Notes: a model not told the origin generated them from the sequence alone. DNA of 64,000 nt from Rhizobium sp. Q54 (GCA_945882615.1 CAMCWK010000012.1:6399-70398), one strand, 5' to 3'. Counted from the stretch's first letter, positions 28,253-38,565 are shown. Numbers and translations are program-made.

Positions 28253-29586
28253 GGTGGGTCGTGCCTGACTCTTCCGCCTACTCGGTCAAGCGTCTTTTGC
28301 CGCGCGGGCTGTTCGGCCGCGCGCTGATCATCATCATCGCCCCGATCGTGCTGCTGCAGGCGATCATCGCCTATGTGTTTTTCGAGCGCGACCTGGAAAG
28401 CACCACCCGCCGCCTGGCGCGTGACGTGGCCGCGGACATCAACCTGCTGGTGGCACTGGAAGACAATTACAGCGGCGACGAGCGCCTGCGGTTGCGGACG
28501 CTATCTTCGCGGCAGCTACAGTATGGCATCACCTTCCTGCCCGGCCTCAAGATCGCCCCGCCGAGCGAGCCGGCGGTTTCCACCATCGATGTGGCGCTGG
28601 ACGACATATTGGCCGAACGCATCAGCGCCGGCCGTCATTTCTTCACCAAGCGCATGGGCAATGATTTTGAGATTCGCGCCGAAGTGCGCGACGGGGTGCT
28701 GGCGGTACTGGTGCCGCGCGACCGCATCACCGTCTCCAAGCCGGACCTCTTTGTCCTTTACATGGTGGGTTCGTCGCTGCTGCTGATGGGGGTTGCGGTC
28801 CTTTTCCTGCGCAACCAGGTGCGGCCCATCGAACGGCTGGCGCGCGCCGCCGAGAGCTTCGGCAAGGGCCGCGCCGTGCCGGATTTCAAACCCTATGGCG
28901 CCACCGAGGTGCGCCGCGCCGCCCAGGCCTTCATCACCATGCGCGAACGCATCGAGCGTCATGTCACCCAGCGCACCGAAATGCTGGCGGGCGTCAGTCA
29001 TGACATCAAGACCCCGCTCACCCGCCTCAAGCTGGCGCTGGCGATGATGCCGGCTGATGCGGACACCAGATCCATGCAGGGCGACATTGTCGAGATGGAG
29101 CATATGCTGGACGAATACCTGGCTTTCGCGCGCGGCGAAGGCGGCGAGGAAACCGAAGTCACCGATCTGGGGGCGCTGGTTGAGGGTGCCGCCGACGCGG
29201 CCGCCAAGGCGCGCCAGCGCGGCGTCACGATCACCGCTGCGGACAATATCCGTGTCAGCGTCAAGCGGGTGGGGCTGCGCCGCTGCCTGACCAACCTGAT
29301 CGACAATGCCCTCAAGCATGGCAGCCAGGTTGCGGTCAGCCTCAAACAAGAGGGACGGCTGGTGGAAATCAGCGTCGAGGACAATGGCCCCGGCATTCCC
29401 GAAACAAGGCGCGAGGAAGCGTTCCGCCCCTTCCACCGCCTGGATCAGGGCCGCAATCTGCAATCGGGCGGCTCGGGCCTGGGCCTGGCCATCGCCCGCG
29501 ATGTGGCGCGGGCCCATGGCGGTGACGTGGTTCTGGAAAACAGTGCGCTGGGCGGGTTGAAGGCGACGATCAGGTTGCCGGTCTGA
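28249..29586 (+). CDS. EnvZ-like sensor histidine kinase
   Basis: Two TM segments, HAMP, H-box MLAGVSHDIKTPLTRL, N-box LIDNALKH, and G-boxes DNGPGIP and GSGLGLAI. The start could be 28249 or 28261. Confidence 0.9.
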   Translation: MRWVVPDSSAYSVKRLLPRGLFGRALIIIIAPIVLLQAIIAYVFFERDLESTTRRLARDVAADINLLVALEDNYSGDERLRLRTLSSRQLQYGITFLPGLKIAPPSEPAVSTIDVALDDILAERISAGRHFFTKRMGNDFEIRAEVRDGVLAVLVPRDRITVSKPDLFVLYMVGSSLLLMGVAVLFLRNQVRPIERLARAAESFGKGRAVPDFKPYGATEVRRAAQAFITMRERIERHVTQRTEMLAGVSHDIKTPLTRLKLALAMMPADADTRSMQGDIVEMEHMLDEYLAFARGEGGEETEVTDLGALVEGAADAAAKARQRGVTITAADNIRVSVKRVGLRRCLTNLIDNALKHGSQVAVSLKQEGRLVEISVEDNGPGIPETRREEAFRPFHRLDQGRNLQSGGSGLGLAIARDVARAHGGDVVLENSALGGLKATIRLPV

Positions 29587-29595
29587 ACCTACTCT

Positions 29596-29682
29596 CCATG
29601 GCCGGGCCCACTTCCAATAAAGGAGGGCCGGCCATCCAGCCGCTGACAGAAAACCGGATGGGCGGGTCAAGCCCGCCCATGG
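29596..29682. repeat. REPIN-like doublet of inverted CCATGG..CCGGCC..CATCC units
   Basis: CCATGGCCGGGCC...GGGCCGGCCATCC, then GGATGGGCGGGTCAAGCCCGCCCATGG. It fills the gap between convergent stops at 29586 and 29695. Confidence 0.75.
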
Positions 29683-29694
29683 TGAGTGAGTGTG

Positions 29695-30492
29695 TTAGCG
29701 CAGCTCTTGCGCGCGGTTGCGCGCGGCTTTCACCGCGCGTTTCATCAGCGCCGTCAGCCCGTCATCGGCCATCAGCACCGACAGCGCCGCCGCCGTGGTG
29801 CCGCCCGGACTGGTCACCGCCTCACGCAGCGCACCCGCTGGTGACTTGTCCGCGGCCAAAAGCGCCCCTGCGCCCGCCACCGTGGCACGGGCAAATTTCT
29901 CCGCCTGAACTTTGGAAAGGCCTTCCGCCACGCCCGCTTCGGTCAAGGCTTCCACCATCAGAAACAGATAGGCCGGCCCCGAACCCGACACCGCCGTGAC
30001 GCTGTCGATCAGCGTTTCCTTGGTCACCCATTCGGTGGCGCCCAGCGCCGACAGCAGCGCGGTGGCGCGCTTGCGGTCGGCCACCGTGACGCCTTTGGCG
30101 GCATAGAGGCCGGTGATACCCGCACCGATCGAACCGGGCGTATTTGGCATGGCACGGATGACGCGCGCCTTCGCGCCCCAGGTTTTTGCCAGCGCCGCCA
30201 CAGAGGTTCCGGCGGCAATGGAAATCATCAACGTGCCGCCGCGCGCGAACCCCGCCAGCGCGCCGGCTTCACCTTTCAAAATCTGCGGCTTGATCGCCAC
30301 CACGCAAACCGATGGCTTGCCTTTGATGGCAGACGGCGCGGCTGTGAGAGTGATCTTCTTTTGCTTCGCCAGCGCGCGCAACTGGGCGGACGGCTTGGGC
30401 TCGACCACGATGATGGATTTGGCGCCCTTGGCCAGCCAGCCCTTGAGCAAAGCCGACCCCATACGCCCCGCACCGACGAGAAGGACACTCAC
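29695..30492 (-). CDS. proC: Pyrroline-5-carboxylate reductase
   Basis: GTG start (VSVLLVGAGRMGSALLKG) overlaps the upstream stop as GTGA. Also AIKPQ, RAMPNTP, SGSGPAY and TSPGGTT. Confidence 0.9.
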   Translation of the reverse strand: MSVLLVGAGRMGSALLKGWLAKGAKSIIVVEPKPSAQLRALAKQKKITLTAAPSAIKGKPSVCVVAIKPQILKGEAGALAGFARGGTLMISIAAGTSVAALAKTWGAKARVIRAMPNTPGSIGAGITGLYAAKGVTVADRKRATALLSALGATEWVTKETLIDSVTAVSGSGPAYLFLMVEALTEAGVAEGLSKVQAEKFARATVAGAGALLAADKSPAGALREAVTSPGGTTAAALSVLMADDGLTALMKRAVKAARNRAQELR

Positions 30493-30995
30493 GCCTGGCC
30501 GGCGCACTCCAGCACCGCCGACGCGATCGCATCTTCCGCCGTTTTGCCGCCCCACAGCACGAACTGGAAGGCGGGATAGTAATGCTCGCAGGCTTCCAGC
30601 GCCAGGTTGAGCAGCGCCTCGCACTGGGAGGCGCTGGCTTCCGCATCCGGGAAGATCATCGCATGGCGGAAGATGATGGTGCCGTCCTGCGGCCACAGGT
30701 CGAAATGGCCGATCCACAGCTTGGCGTTCACATGCATCAGGAGGTCGGCGACATTCTGGCGGCGCACCCCTTCGCTGATGCGCATGTCGAAGGCGCTGGA
30801 CAAATGCAGCGACTGCAGGTCCTCGCGCCAGGAGAAATTGAAATGGTGGTCGCTCCATTTGCCCGCCACCGACAGGTTGAGCTCGTCCCGGCCGGCCCGC
30901 TCAAAGGCCCAGCCATTGGCCTCGACCGCCCGCTCCAGCAGGTCCAGCGGGTGCAGGGTTCCCACCGGCTCGTCATCGAGGTGCATGATACTCAT
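30489..30995 (-). CDS. YbjN-domain protein
   Basis: HPLDLLERAVEANGWAFER....L...V.G.W.....F.W and size are typical of the YbjN family commonly found upstream of proC in alphaproteobacteria. Confidence 0.7.
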   Translation of the reverse strand: MSIMHLDDEPVGTLHPLDLLERAVEANGWAFERAGRDELNLSVAGKWSDHHFNFSWREDLQSLHLSSAFDMRISEGVRRQNVADLLMHVNAKLWIGHFDLWPQDGTIIFRHAMIFPDAEASASQCEALLNLALEACEHYYPAFQFVLWGGKTAEDAIASAVLECAGQA

Positions 30996-31163
30996 GGGCG
31001 CGCTCCAGCCACTAAACGAAGCAGTTGCGATCCAAACTGGCACAAGATTTAGAGAAAACAAGAGTCCGGGAGTCCCCATCCACGCTGCGGAAAAAGATTC
31101 CACAGCTTTGAATCGGCTCACTGATTCGACAAAAAGGAGTCGGGGATGACTCCCCAAACCACT

Positions 31164-31415
31164 CTAAGTGGTTGATTTGGATTCCAAAGCTGCGATCCGG
31201 GCGGCCAGGGCCTCATTCTCGGCGCGGGCCTTGGCGGCCATCGCCTTCACCGCCTCGAATTCCTCGCGGGGAACAAAATCCATGTCCGCCACCAGCCGTT
31301 CCAGCCGCTGGCGCATAAAGGTGTCGATCTCGGTGCGCACGCTCTGGGCCATGCCGGCGGCGTCAGTAAAGGCTTTCGCCACGCCGTCCAGGAACGGATT
31401 GTCGGTCTGCGCCAT
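31164..31415 (-). CDS. ubiK: UbiK/BMFP-family accessory factor
   Basis: NPFLDGVAKAFTDAAG, VPREEFEAVKAM and a C-terminal coiled coil. Confidence 0.75.
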   Translation of the reverse strand: MAQTDNPFLDGVAKAFTDAAGMAQSVRTEIDTFMRQRLERLVADMDFVPREEFEAVKAMAAKARAENEALAARIAALESKSTT

Positions 31416-31493
31416 GAAAAGCCTCCGTTGTCACCGTCTATATGGCCACCAGCTTCACTTGACACAAGCACCGAAGCATCGCGATTTACCGCC

Positions 31494-32378
31494 ATGATCG
31501 AAGCCCTGGCCGTGCTGCCCTTCCCCAATATCGATCCCATCGCGCTGCAACTGGGGCCGCTGGCGATCCGCTGGTACGCCCTGGCCTATATCGCGGGCAT
31601 CCTGCTGGGCTGGTGGGGGATCACGCGGCTGCTGCGCCAAAAGGCCTTCTGGGCCCCGCCCCCCTTCAGCGGCCGCCCCCCCGCCACCGAGGACCAGATC
31701 AGCGATCTGGCGGTCTGGATCATCTTCGGCGTCATCCTGGGCGGGCGGCTGGGCTGGGTGCTGATCTATGGCACGGTGCTGTGCAGCGTCACGCCCAACT
31801 ATGCCGCCTTCTGCGACGGGCTGCCGATGGGCTTCATCACCGATCCGGTGCGCATCATCGCCGCCTGGGAAGGCGGCATGTCCTTCCATGGCGGGTTGGT
31901 GGGGGCGCTGATTGCGCTCTGGATGTTCAGCCGCCGCAACAAGCTGAACATGCTCTCCATCGCCGACCTGACCTGCGCCTTCGCGCCCATCACCATCTTC
32001 ATCGTGCGCATCGCCAACTTCGTGAATGACGAATTGTGGGGCCGGGTCACCGACGTGCCCTGGGCGATGGTGTTCCCGCGCGGCGGGCCGCTGCCGCGCC
32101 ATCCCAGCCAGCTTTACGAAGCGGCATTGGAAGGCCTGCTGCTGCTGGCGATCCTGCAGGTGGCGCTGCGCGTGTTCCATGCCCATCGCAGGCCCGGCCT
32201 GATCTCGGCGCTGTTCCTGGCGGGCTATGGCACCTTCCGTTTCATCTGCGAATTCTTCCGCGAACCCGACACCCAGTTCATCGGTCCCGTCAGCATGGGT
32301 ATGGCCCTGTCGATCCCGATCTGGCTGGGCGCCGCGGTGCTGTTCTGGATCGTGCTGAAAAAGCCGCGCACCGCATGA
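31494..32378 (+). CDS. lgt: Prolipoprotein diacylglyceryl transferase
   Basis: LAIRWYALAYIAGILLG, WEGGMSFHGGLVG, FREPD and HPSQLYEA. Confidence 0.9.
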   Translation: MIEALAVLPFPNIDPIALQLGPLAIRWYALAYIAGILLGWWGITRLLRQKAFWAPPPFSGRPPATEDQISDLAVWIIFGVILGGRLGWVLIYGTVLCSVTPNYAAFCDGLPMGFITDPVRIIAAWEGGMSFHGGLVGALIALWMFSRRNKLNMLSIADLTCAFAPITIFIVRIANFVNDELWGRVTDVPWAMVFPRGGPLPRHPSQLYEAALEGLLLLAILQVALRVFHAHRRPGLISALFLAGYGTFRFICEFFREPDTQFIGPVSMGMALSIPIWLGAAVLFWIVLKKPRTA

Positions 32379-33457
32379 GTCTCAAGGCGCGCATCGTCGC
32401 CCTGATCGAGGCGCAGGGCCCGATGTCGGTGGCGCAGTTCATGACCATCGCGCTGCTCGACCCCAAGGACGGCTATTACGCCACCCGTGATCCGTTTGGC
32501 GCGGGCGGCGATTTCATTACCGCGCCGGAAGTCAGCCAGATGTTCGGCGAGATGCTGGGATTGTGGCTGCTCCAGGCCTGGGCCGACCAGGGCTGTCCCA
32601 AAAGTCCCCGGCTGGTGGAGCTGGGACCGGGGCGCGGCACCCTGATGGCCAACGCCCTGCGCGCCGCGTCGGTGGAGCCGGACTTCACCAACGATCTGGA
32701 AGTCGTGCTGGTGGAAGCCAGCCCGGTGCTGCAGGCGATGCAGGCCGAAAAGCTGCGCGGCTGCGGCGCGGATGTCTCCTGGCAGGCGCAGTTCGACGAC
32801 AGCCTGTCGGACCGCCCGCTGTTTCTGGTCGCCAATGAATTCTTCGACGCCCTGCCCGTTCGCCAGTATGTCCGCAGCGAGCGTGGCTGGCACGAGCGCA
32901 TGGTGACGACGCTGGACGGGGAATTGAATTTCGCGCTGGCGCCGGTGCCGGTGCCGCTTCCCATCATTCCCGCCAGCCGGGAAGGCGCGCCCCTGGGCGG
33001 CGTTTATGAAACCTCGCCCGCCGCGCTGGCGCTGGCGGAGAATATCGCCGGCATCATCGCCCAGCGCGGCGGCGCGGCGCTGATCGTGGATTACGGCTAT
33101 GACGCGATCACTGGCTTCGCGGAAACCTTGCAGGCGGTGGGCGGCCACCGCTTCGTCGATGCGCTGGACACGCCCGGCGAGGACGATCTGTCCGCCCATG
33201 TCGATTTCATGGCTCTGGCCCAGGCCGGCAAACGCGGCGGCGCGGCCGTGTTCGGTCCGGTGACGCAAGGGGCGCTGCTGGCGAGCATCGGCATCACCGA
33301 GCGGGCCGAACAATTGATGAATGCGCACCCCGAAAGCGCCGCCGATCTGCTGGCCGCGACCGAAAGGCTGATCGGGGCGCAGCAGATGGGCACGCTGTTC
33401 AAAGCCGTCGCCTTTGCGCCGCCCAGCGTCACCGGCTTTGCGGGATTTGGCGCATGA
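32375..33457 (+). CDS. MidA/NDUFAF7-like class I SAM-dependent methyltransferase
   Basis: GDFITAPEVSQMFGEMLG, ELGPGRGTLM and ANEFFDALP. ATGA overlap with lgt. Confidence 0.8.
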   Translation: MSLKARIVALIEAQGPMSVAQFMTIALLDPKDGYYATRDPFGAGGDFITAPEVSQMFGEMLGLWLLQAWADQGCPKSPRLVELGPGRGTLMANALRAASVEPDFTNDLEVVLVEASPVLQAMQAEKLRGCGADVSWQAQFDDSLSDRPLFLVANEFFDALPVRQYVRSERGWHERMVTTLDGELNFALAPVPVPLPIIPASREGAPLGGVYETSPAALALAENIAGIIAQRGGAALIVDYGYDAITGFAETLQAVGGHRFVDALDTPGEDDLSAHVDFMALAQAGKRGGAAVFGPVTQGALLASIGITERAEQLMNAHPESAADLLAATERLIGAQQMGTLFKAVAFAPPSVTGFAGFGA

Positions 33458-34224
33458 AGCGCCTGGAGGCCGCCAATCTGACTGCGCCTGGCGTGGCGCA
33501 TGGCTTTTTCGGACACGAAGGTGGCGTTTCCACCGGTCTTTACGCCGCGCTGAACTGCGGCCCCGGCTCGAAGGACGCCCCCGAGGCGGTGGCGGAAAAT
33601 CGCCGCCGCGTCGCTGCTGAATTGGGGGGCGAACTGGGCGCCGCCGAGCTGGTCAGCCTGTCCCAGATCCACAGCCCCATCGTCCACACGCTGGATTCCG
33701 CGCCGCAGCAGCGACTTGAAGGTGACGCCATGGTCACCGCCACGCCCGGTCTGGCGCTGGGCATCCTTACCGCCGACTGCGCCCCGGTGCTGCTGGCCGA
33801 GCCCCGCGCGCGGGTGATCGGCGCCGCCCATGCGGGCTGGAAAGGCGCGCTGGACGGGGTGCTGGAAGCCACGCTGGATGCCATGGAAAAACTGGGCGCC
33901 GACCGCGGCCAGATCGTCGCCGCCGTCGGACCCTGCATCAGCCAGGGCAATTACGAAGTGGGCTGGGACTTTCGCGACCGATTCCTCGAACAGGGTTTGC
34001 GCAACCGCAAGTTCTTCATCCCTTCGGGCAGGGAAGGCCATTACCGTTTCGACCTGGAAGATTACGCCGCCCACCGCCTGACGAACGCGGGAATCGCTTC
34101 TGTCGAAAAAATCGGCATCTGCACCTATCCGCCTGAAAACGGCTTTTTCAGCTTCCGCCGCACCACCCATGCGGGTGAACCCGACTACGGGCGGCAAGTC
34201 TCCGCCATCCTGCTCAATCCCTGA
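33454..34224 (+). CDS. pgeF: YfiH/PgeF-family (DUF152) multicopper-oxidase-like enzyme
   Basis: [31 protein letters not shown] and FSFRR. Confidence 0.85.
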   Translation: MKRLEAANLTAPGVAHGFFGHEGGVSTGLYAALNCGPGSKDAPEAVAENRRRVAAELGGELGAAELVSLSQIHSPIVHTLDSAPQQRLEGDAMVTATPGLALGILTADCAPVLLAEPRARVIGAAHAGWKGALDGVLEATLDAMEKLGADRGQIVAAVGPCISQGNYEVGWDFRDRFLEQGLRNRKFFIPSGREGHYRFDLEDYAAHRLTNAGIASVEKIGICTYPPENGFFSFRRTTHAGEPDYGRQVSAILLNP

Positions 34225-34402
34225 TCCGCGACATATAAACAACACGCGACACGGCGCGACACCGGGCCGGTTGCGACTCCCCGGGCCAGCCGCTACAAGC
34301 CGGTCATCAAAGCTTCATGGGGCCCTCCCCGACGCGCGCAGCGCAAGGGGAGATCAAAGGTATGAGCGGCGCAGAATGACGGATCGGAACGGATCGCGGG
34401 GC

Positions 34403-35335
34403 ATGCGTCTGATTGCCGGAAATTCCAACCGCCCGCTGGTCGATGCCATCAGCGCCTATCTGGGCCTGACTCCCGTCAAAGCCGATGTCCGCCGCTTCTC
34501 CGACGATGAGGTCTTTGTCGAGGTACAGGAAAATGTCCGCGGCGAAGACATGTTCGTGATGCAGTCCACCAGCGCGCCCGCCAATGACAATCTGATGGAA
34601 TTGCTGATCATGATTGACGCGCTGCGCCGCGCCAGCGCCCGGCGCATCACCGCCGTGATCCCCTATTTCGGCTATGCCCGCCAGGACCGCAAAGTCGGTC
34701 CGCGCACCCCTATCTCGGCCAAGCTGGTGGCCAATATGATCACCGAGGCCGGCGCCAACCGGGTGCTGACGGTCGACCTGCATGCCGGCCAGATTCAGGG
34801 CTTTTTCGACATTCCCACCGACAATCTGTTCGCCCAGCCGGTGATCGTGAAGGACATTCTGGAACATCTCAAAGGCAAGACACCCATGGTGGTGTCGCCC
34901 GATGTCGGCGGTGTGGTGCGCGCCCGCGCCCTGGCGACGCGGCTCAACACCGACCTGGCCATCGTCGACAAGCGCCGCGAGCGCGCCGGCCAGTCCGAAG
35001 TGATGAACATCATCGGCGATGTCGAAGGCCAGCCCTGCATCCTGATCGACGACATCGTCGATTCCGGCGGCACCCTGTGCAACGCCGCCGAGGCGCTGCT
35101 GAAGAATGGCGCCACCGAAGTCTATGCCTACACCACCCATGGCGTACTGTCGGGCAAGGCGGTGGAGCGGATCAAGAATTCCGGGCTCAAATCCATGGTG
35201 GTGACGGATTCGATTCCGGCGACCGATGCCGTGAAGTCCTGCACCAATATCCGCACCATCTCCATCGCGCCCCTGCTGGGCGAAGCGATGCGGCGCATCA
35301 ACAACGAAGCCTCGGTTTCCAGTCTTTTTGATTAG
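34403..35335 (+). CDS. prs: Ribose-phosphate pyrophosphokinase
   Basis: [21 protein letters not shown] and a PRPP loop ([12 protein letters not shown]). The start is 34403 (alternative 34376). Confidence 0.9.
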   Translation: MRLIAGNSNRPLVDAISAYLGLTPVKADVRRFSDDEVFVEVQENVRGEDMFVMQSTSAPANDNLMELLIMIDALRRASARRITAVIPYFGYARQDRKVGPRTPISAKLVANMITEAGANRVLTVDLHAGQIQGFFDIPTDNLFAQPVIVKDILEHLKGKTPMVVSPDVGGVVRARALATRLNTDLAIVDKRRERAGQSEVMNIIGDVEGQPCILIDDIVDSGGTLCNAAEALLKNGATEVYAYTTHGVLSGKAVERIKNSGLKSMVVTDSIPATDAVKSCTNIRTISIAPLLGEAMRRINNEASVSSLFD

Positions 35336-35388
35336 CCCCCCATCTGTCACAACTCGGGTCGGCTCACGCCGACACCTCGTTGCGACAT

Positions 35389-35425
35389 CTTCCCCCGCAA
35401 TAAGCGCTTCGCGCTGCGGGGGAAG
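35389..35425. repeat. Long hairpin related to the second stem-loop of the 86-88-bp elements
   Basis: CTTCCCCCGCA..AGCGC-ttc-GCGCTGCGGGGGAAG. Compare CCTCCCCCGCAGCGCGC..GCGCGCGCAGGGGAGG (reverse complement of 3433-3470). Confidence 0.6.
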
Positions 35426-35442
35426 AAAGCCAGTGCTCGCGG

Positions 35443-35841
35443 CTAAACCAGCAGCATGATGACGACGGCTTCGATCACCAGAACCAGCGTCCAGTGCCCG
35501 CCATCGATCAAGGTGGCGATCCGCCCCTTTCCCTGGAACTGGTTGTTGACCAGGGTGGCGGTGAACAGAAAGCCAACCCCCAGGATAAGCCCGGTGATCG
35601 CGGCCTGACCAATGGTCATGACCCCCAGGCCGGCCATCACCTGGTACAGCACCGCCGCCATCACGATAGCGCCCAGCAGCGCCACCACCATCGGCGTCAG
35701 CGGCATCTTCTTGTCTTTGCAGTCGTCCACATTCATGCCGTGGGCCCGCTGCCAGGGCTTGCCCAGGGCCATGTACCAGGCAGCCCCGAACAGCCATCCG
35801 GCCAGCCCCGCCGCTGCGATGGCGATCAATGCGCTTTGCAT
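35443..35841 (-). CDS. DUF1761-like small membrane protein
   Basis: Four hydrophobic segments. The WYM.LGK.W N-terminal pattern is typical of DUF1761. Confidence 0.65.
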   Translation of the reverse strand: MQSALIAIAAAGLAGWLFGAAWYMALGKPWQRAHGMNVDDCKDKKMPLTPMVVALLGAIVMAAVLYQVMAGLGVMTIGQAAITGLILGVGFLFTATLVNNQFQGKGRIATLIDGGHWTLVLVIEAVVIMLLV

Positions 35842-35984
35842 GGGTTCCCCTCCCCGTTTCGGAAGAGGCTAGCATGCCGCAAAGCGGCGCCAAGCGGCCC
35901 GGTTGCAGGGCGCAGGCCTTTTCGCTAAAAGCCCCCTTCTCCGGAAGGCCTAGAGCTTTAGCCGGGCACTGAAGGATCAGGAAA

Positions 35985-36713
35985 ATGGCGCAAGTTCAAG
36001 AACTTAAGGTGGAATCGCGTGAGGGTACCGGCAAGGGTCCGGCCTACCAGGCGCGCCTCAAGGGCCTGATCCCGGCCGTCATTTATGGCGGCACCGCCAC
36101 GCCCGAGAATATCAATGTCGACAGCCGCACCCTGGAGCGCCATGTCGAGGCCGGCCATTTCCTCACCACCCTGTTCATGCTGGACGTTGCCGGCAAGAAG
36201 ACCCGCGTGATTCCGCGCGACGTGCAGCTGGACCCGGTCAGCGACCGCCCCGTGCATGTCGACTTCATGCGCCTGGCCGAAGGCGCCACCGTCAAGCTCG
36301 ACATCCCGGTGCATTTCCACGGCCAGGACGTCTCGCCCGGCCTGAAGAAGGGCGGCGTGCTGAACATCGTGCGCCACACCATGCCGCTGTCCTGCCCGGC
36401 CGACAGCATTCCCAACACGATCGAAGTCGATGTCTCCAAGCTGGACATCAACGAGTCGGTCCATATCAACGACCTCAACCTGCCCAAGGGCGTGAAGCCG
36501 CTGCTGCGTGGCCGTGACTTCACCATCTGCTCCATCGTCGCGCCGACCAGCGTGATCGAAGAGCAGCGCGCCGCCGCGGCTGCCGCTTCCGCTCCTGCCG
36601 CCGAAGCCGCCCCTGCCGAAGGTGCTGCTCCCGCTGCTGGCGCCGCGCCTGCCGCTGCTGGCGCCAAGCCCGCTGCCGGCGCCAAGCCGGCCGCCGCTCC
36701 GGCCAAGAAGTAA
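35985..36713 (+). CDS. rplY: 50S ribosomal protein L25/general stress protein Ctc
   Basis: RLKGLIPAVIYGG, HVDF and LNLPKGV, with an Ala/Pro-rich C-terminal tail. Confidence 0.9.
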   Translation: MAQVQELKVESREGTGKGPAYQARLKGLIPAVIYGGTATPENINVDSRTLERHVEAGHFLTTLFMLDVAGKKTRVIPRDVQLDPVSDRPVHVDFMRLAEGATVKLDIPVHFHGQDVSPGLKKGGVLNIVRHTMPLSCPADSIPNTIEVDVSKLDINESVHINDLNLPKGVKPLLRGRDFTICSIVAPTSVIEEQRAAAAAASAPAAEAAPAEGAAPAAGAAPAAAGAKPAAGAKPAAAPAKK

Positions 36714-36734
36714 CCGCTGCCGAAAGGGGGCGGC

Positions 36735-37355
36735 ATGGATACGCCGCTTCTTATCGCCGGGTTGGGAAATCCGGGTTCGCAATATGCCAGGAACCGGCAC
36801 AATGCCGGCTTCATTGTCCTGGACGAACTGCACGCCCATCACAAATTCGGTCCCTGGAAGGCGAAGTTCGACGGCTTGCTGTCGGAAGGGTCACTGGCGG
36901 GCCGCAAGACCTACCTGCTCAAGCCCCAGACCTTCATGAATCTCAGCGGCGACAGCGTCGGGCCGGCCCTGCGCTTCTTCAAGCTGCCGCTGGAAGCGCT
37001 GGTCGTGGTGCATGACGAGATCGACCTGGCGGCCGGCAAGCTGAAGGTGAAGACCGGCGGCGGCGATGCGGGGCAGAATGGGTTGCGCTCCATCACCGCC
37101 ACGCTGGGGCCTGACTATCGCCGGGTGCGGCTGGGCATCGGCCATCCCGGCGACAAGGACCGCGTCAGCGGCCATGTGCTGCAGAATTTCGGTGAGGGCG
37201 AGATCGCCTGGCTGAAGCCGCTGGTGGGGGCGATGGTCGAGGCCGCGCCGCTCTTGGCCAAGGATGACGACAAGGGTTTCATGAGCAAGGTGGCGCTGCT
37301 GCTGCAGCCCCCAAAGCCCGACAAGCAAGAACCGAAAAAGAAAGATACGGACTAA
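36735..37355 (+). CDS. pth: Peptidyl-tRNA hydrolase
   Basis: LIAGLGNPGSQYARNRHNAGF, VVHDEIDL and GHNGL-like GQNGLRS. Confidence 0.9.
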   Translation: MDTPLLIAGLGNPGSQYARNRHNAGFIVLDELHAHHKFGPWKAKFDGLLSEGSLAGRKTYLLKPQTFMNLSGDSVGPALRFFKLPLEALVVVHDEIDLAAGKLKVKTGGGDAGQNGLRSITATLGPDYRRVRLGIGHPGDKDRVSGHVLQNFGEGEIAWLKPLVGAMVEAAPLLAKDDDKGFMSKVALLLQPPKPDKQEPKKKDTD

Positions 37356-38452
37356 TGGGTTTCAAATGCGGCATCGTCGGCCTGCCCAATGTCGGCAAGT
37401 CGACTCTTTTCAACGCCCTGACGCAGACCGCTGCGGCGCAGGCGGCCAACTACCCCTTCTGCACCATCGAGCCCAATGTCGGCGACGTGGCGGTGCCCGA
37501 TCCGCGCCTCGAAACCCTGGCCCAGATCGCCGGCTCGCAGGAGATCATTCCCACCCGCATCACCTTTGTGGACATCGCCGGACTGGTGCGCGGCGCCTCA
37601 AAGGGTGAAGGGCTGGGCAACCAGTTCCTGGCCAATATCCGCGAAGTCGATGCGGTGGCCCATGTGCTGCGCTGTTTTGAAGACGACGACATCACCCATG
37701 TCGAAGGCAAGATCGATCCGGTGTCCGATGCCGAGACGGTGGAAACCGAACTGATGCTGGCCGACCTGGAAAGCCTGGAAAAGCGCATCAAGCCGCTGGA
37801 GAAGAAAGCCAATAGCGGCGAGAAGGAAGCCAAGGAACAGCTCGCCCTGATGATGAAGGCCGTCACGCTGCTGCGCGAAGGCAAGCCCGCGCGCCGCGCC
37901 GAACTGGCGCCGGAAGAACGTGGCCCCTATTCCCAGCTCGGCCTGATGACCGCCAAACCGGTCCTCTATGTCTGCAATGTCGAGGAAGCCTCGGCCGCCA
38001 CCGGCAACGCCATTTCCGCCAAGGTCGAAGCCATGGCGAAAGCCGAAGGTGCCCGCAGCGTGGTGATCAGCGCCAAGATCGAGGAAGAGATCGCGCAAAT
38101 GAAGCTGGAAGACCGCGCCGACTTCCTGTCGTCGCTGGACCTGGAAGAACCGGGCCTCAACCGCCTGATCCGCACCGGCTATGAACTGTTGGGCCTTTTG
38201 ACCTTCTTCACCGTGGGGCCGAAGGAAGCTCGCGCATGGACCGTGACCAAGGGCTCCAAGGGCCCGCAGGCCGCCGGCGTGATCCATACCGATTTCGAGC
38301 AGGGCTATATCCGCGCCGAAACCATCGCCTTTACCGACTATGTCGCGGGCAAGGGCGAAGCCGGCGCGCGCGAGGCGGGCAAGTTCCGCCTGGAAGGCAA
38401 GGAATACGTCGTCGCCGACGGCGACGTGATGCATTTCCGGTTCAACAATTAG
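37355..38452 (+). CDS. ychF: Redox-regulated ATPase YchF
   Basis: GIVGLPNVGKSTLFNALT and a C-terminal TGS-like domain (HTDFEQGYIRAE). TAATG overlap with pth. Confidence 0.95.
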   Translation: MGFKCGIVGLPNVGKSTLFNALTQTAAAQAANYPFCTIEPNVGDVAVPDPRLETLAQIAGSQEIIPTRITFVDIAGLVRGASKGEGLGNQFLANIREVDAVAHVLRCFEDDDITHVEGKIDPVSDAETVETELMLADLESLEKRIKPLEKKANSGEKEAKEQLALMMKAVTLLREGKPARRAELAPEERGPYSQLGLMTAKPVLYVCNVEEASAATGNAISAKVEAMAKAEGARSVVISAKIEEEIAQMKLEDRADFLSSLDLEEPGLNRLIRTGYELLGLLTFFTVGPKEARAWTVTKGSKGPQAAGVIHTDFEQGYIRAETIAFTDYVAGKGEAGAREAGKFRLEGKEYVVADGDVMHFRFNN

Positions 38453-38458
38453 CACTCA

Positions 38459-38557
38459 CCATGGGCGGCCTTGAGCCGCCCATCCAGCGCGCGAAGCGCA
38501 AATATCGAGATCGCTCGGGGGCACCGATCTGGATGGCCGGGTCAAGCCCGGCCATGG
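38459..38557. repeat. REPIN-like doublet of inverted CCATGGGCGG..CCGCCCATCC / GGATGGCCGG..CCGGCCATGG units
   Basis: CCATGGGCGGCCTTGAGCCGCCCATCCAG (38459-38487) and GGATGGCCGGGTCAAGCCCGGCCATGG (38531-38557). It fills the gap between convergent stops at 38452 and 38566. Confidence 0.8.
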
Positions 38558-38565
38558 AGAGATGA

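Noticed and set aside
29695-30858. 387-aa ORF extending proC upstream across the YbjN-like gene
   Set aside because: The upstream part is out of frame with, and overlaps, a recognisable YbjN-family gene. The ProC Rossmann motif (LLVGAGRMG) begins right after the GTG at 30492, which overlaps the upstream stop.
36570-36713. Ala/Pro-rich repetitive tail of L25 as a separate feature or mobile repeat
   Set aside because: It is an in-frame low-complexity C-terminal extension continuous with rplY. Such extensions are common in GC-rich alphaproteobacterial ribosomal proteins.
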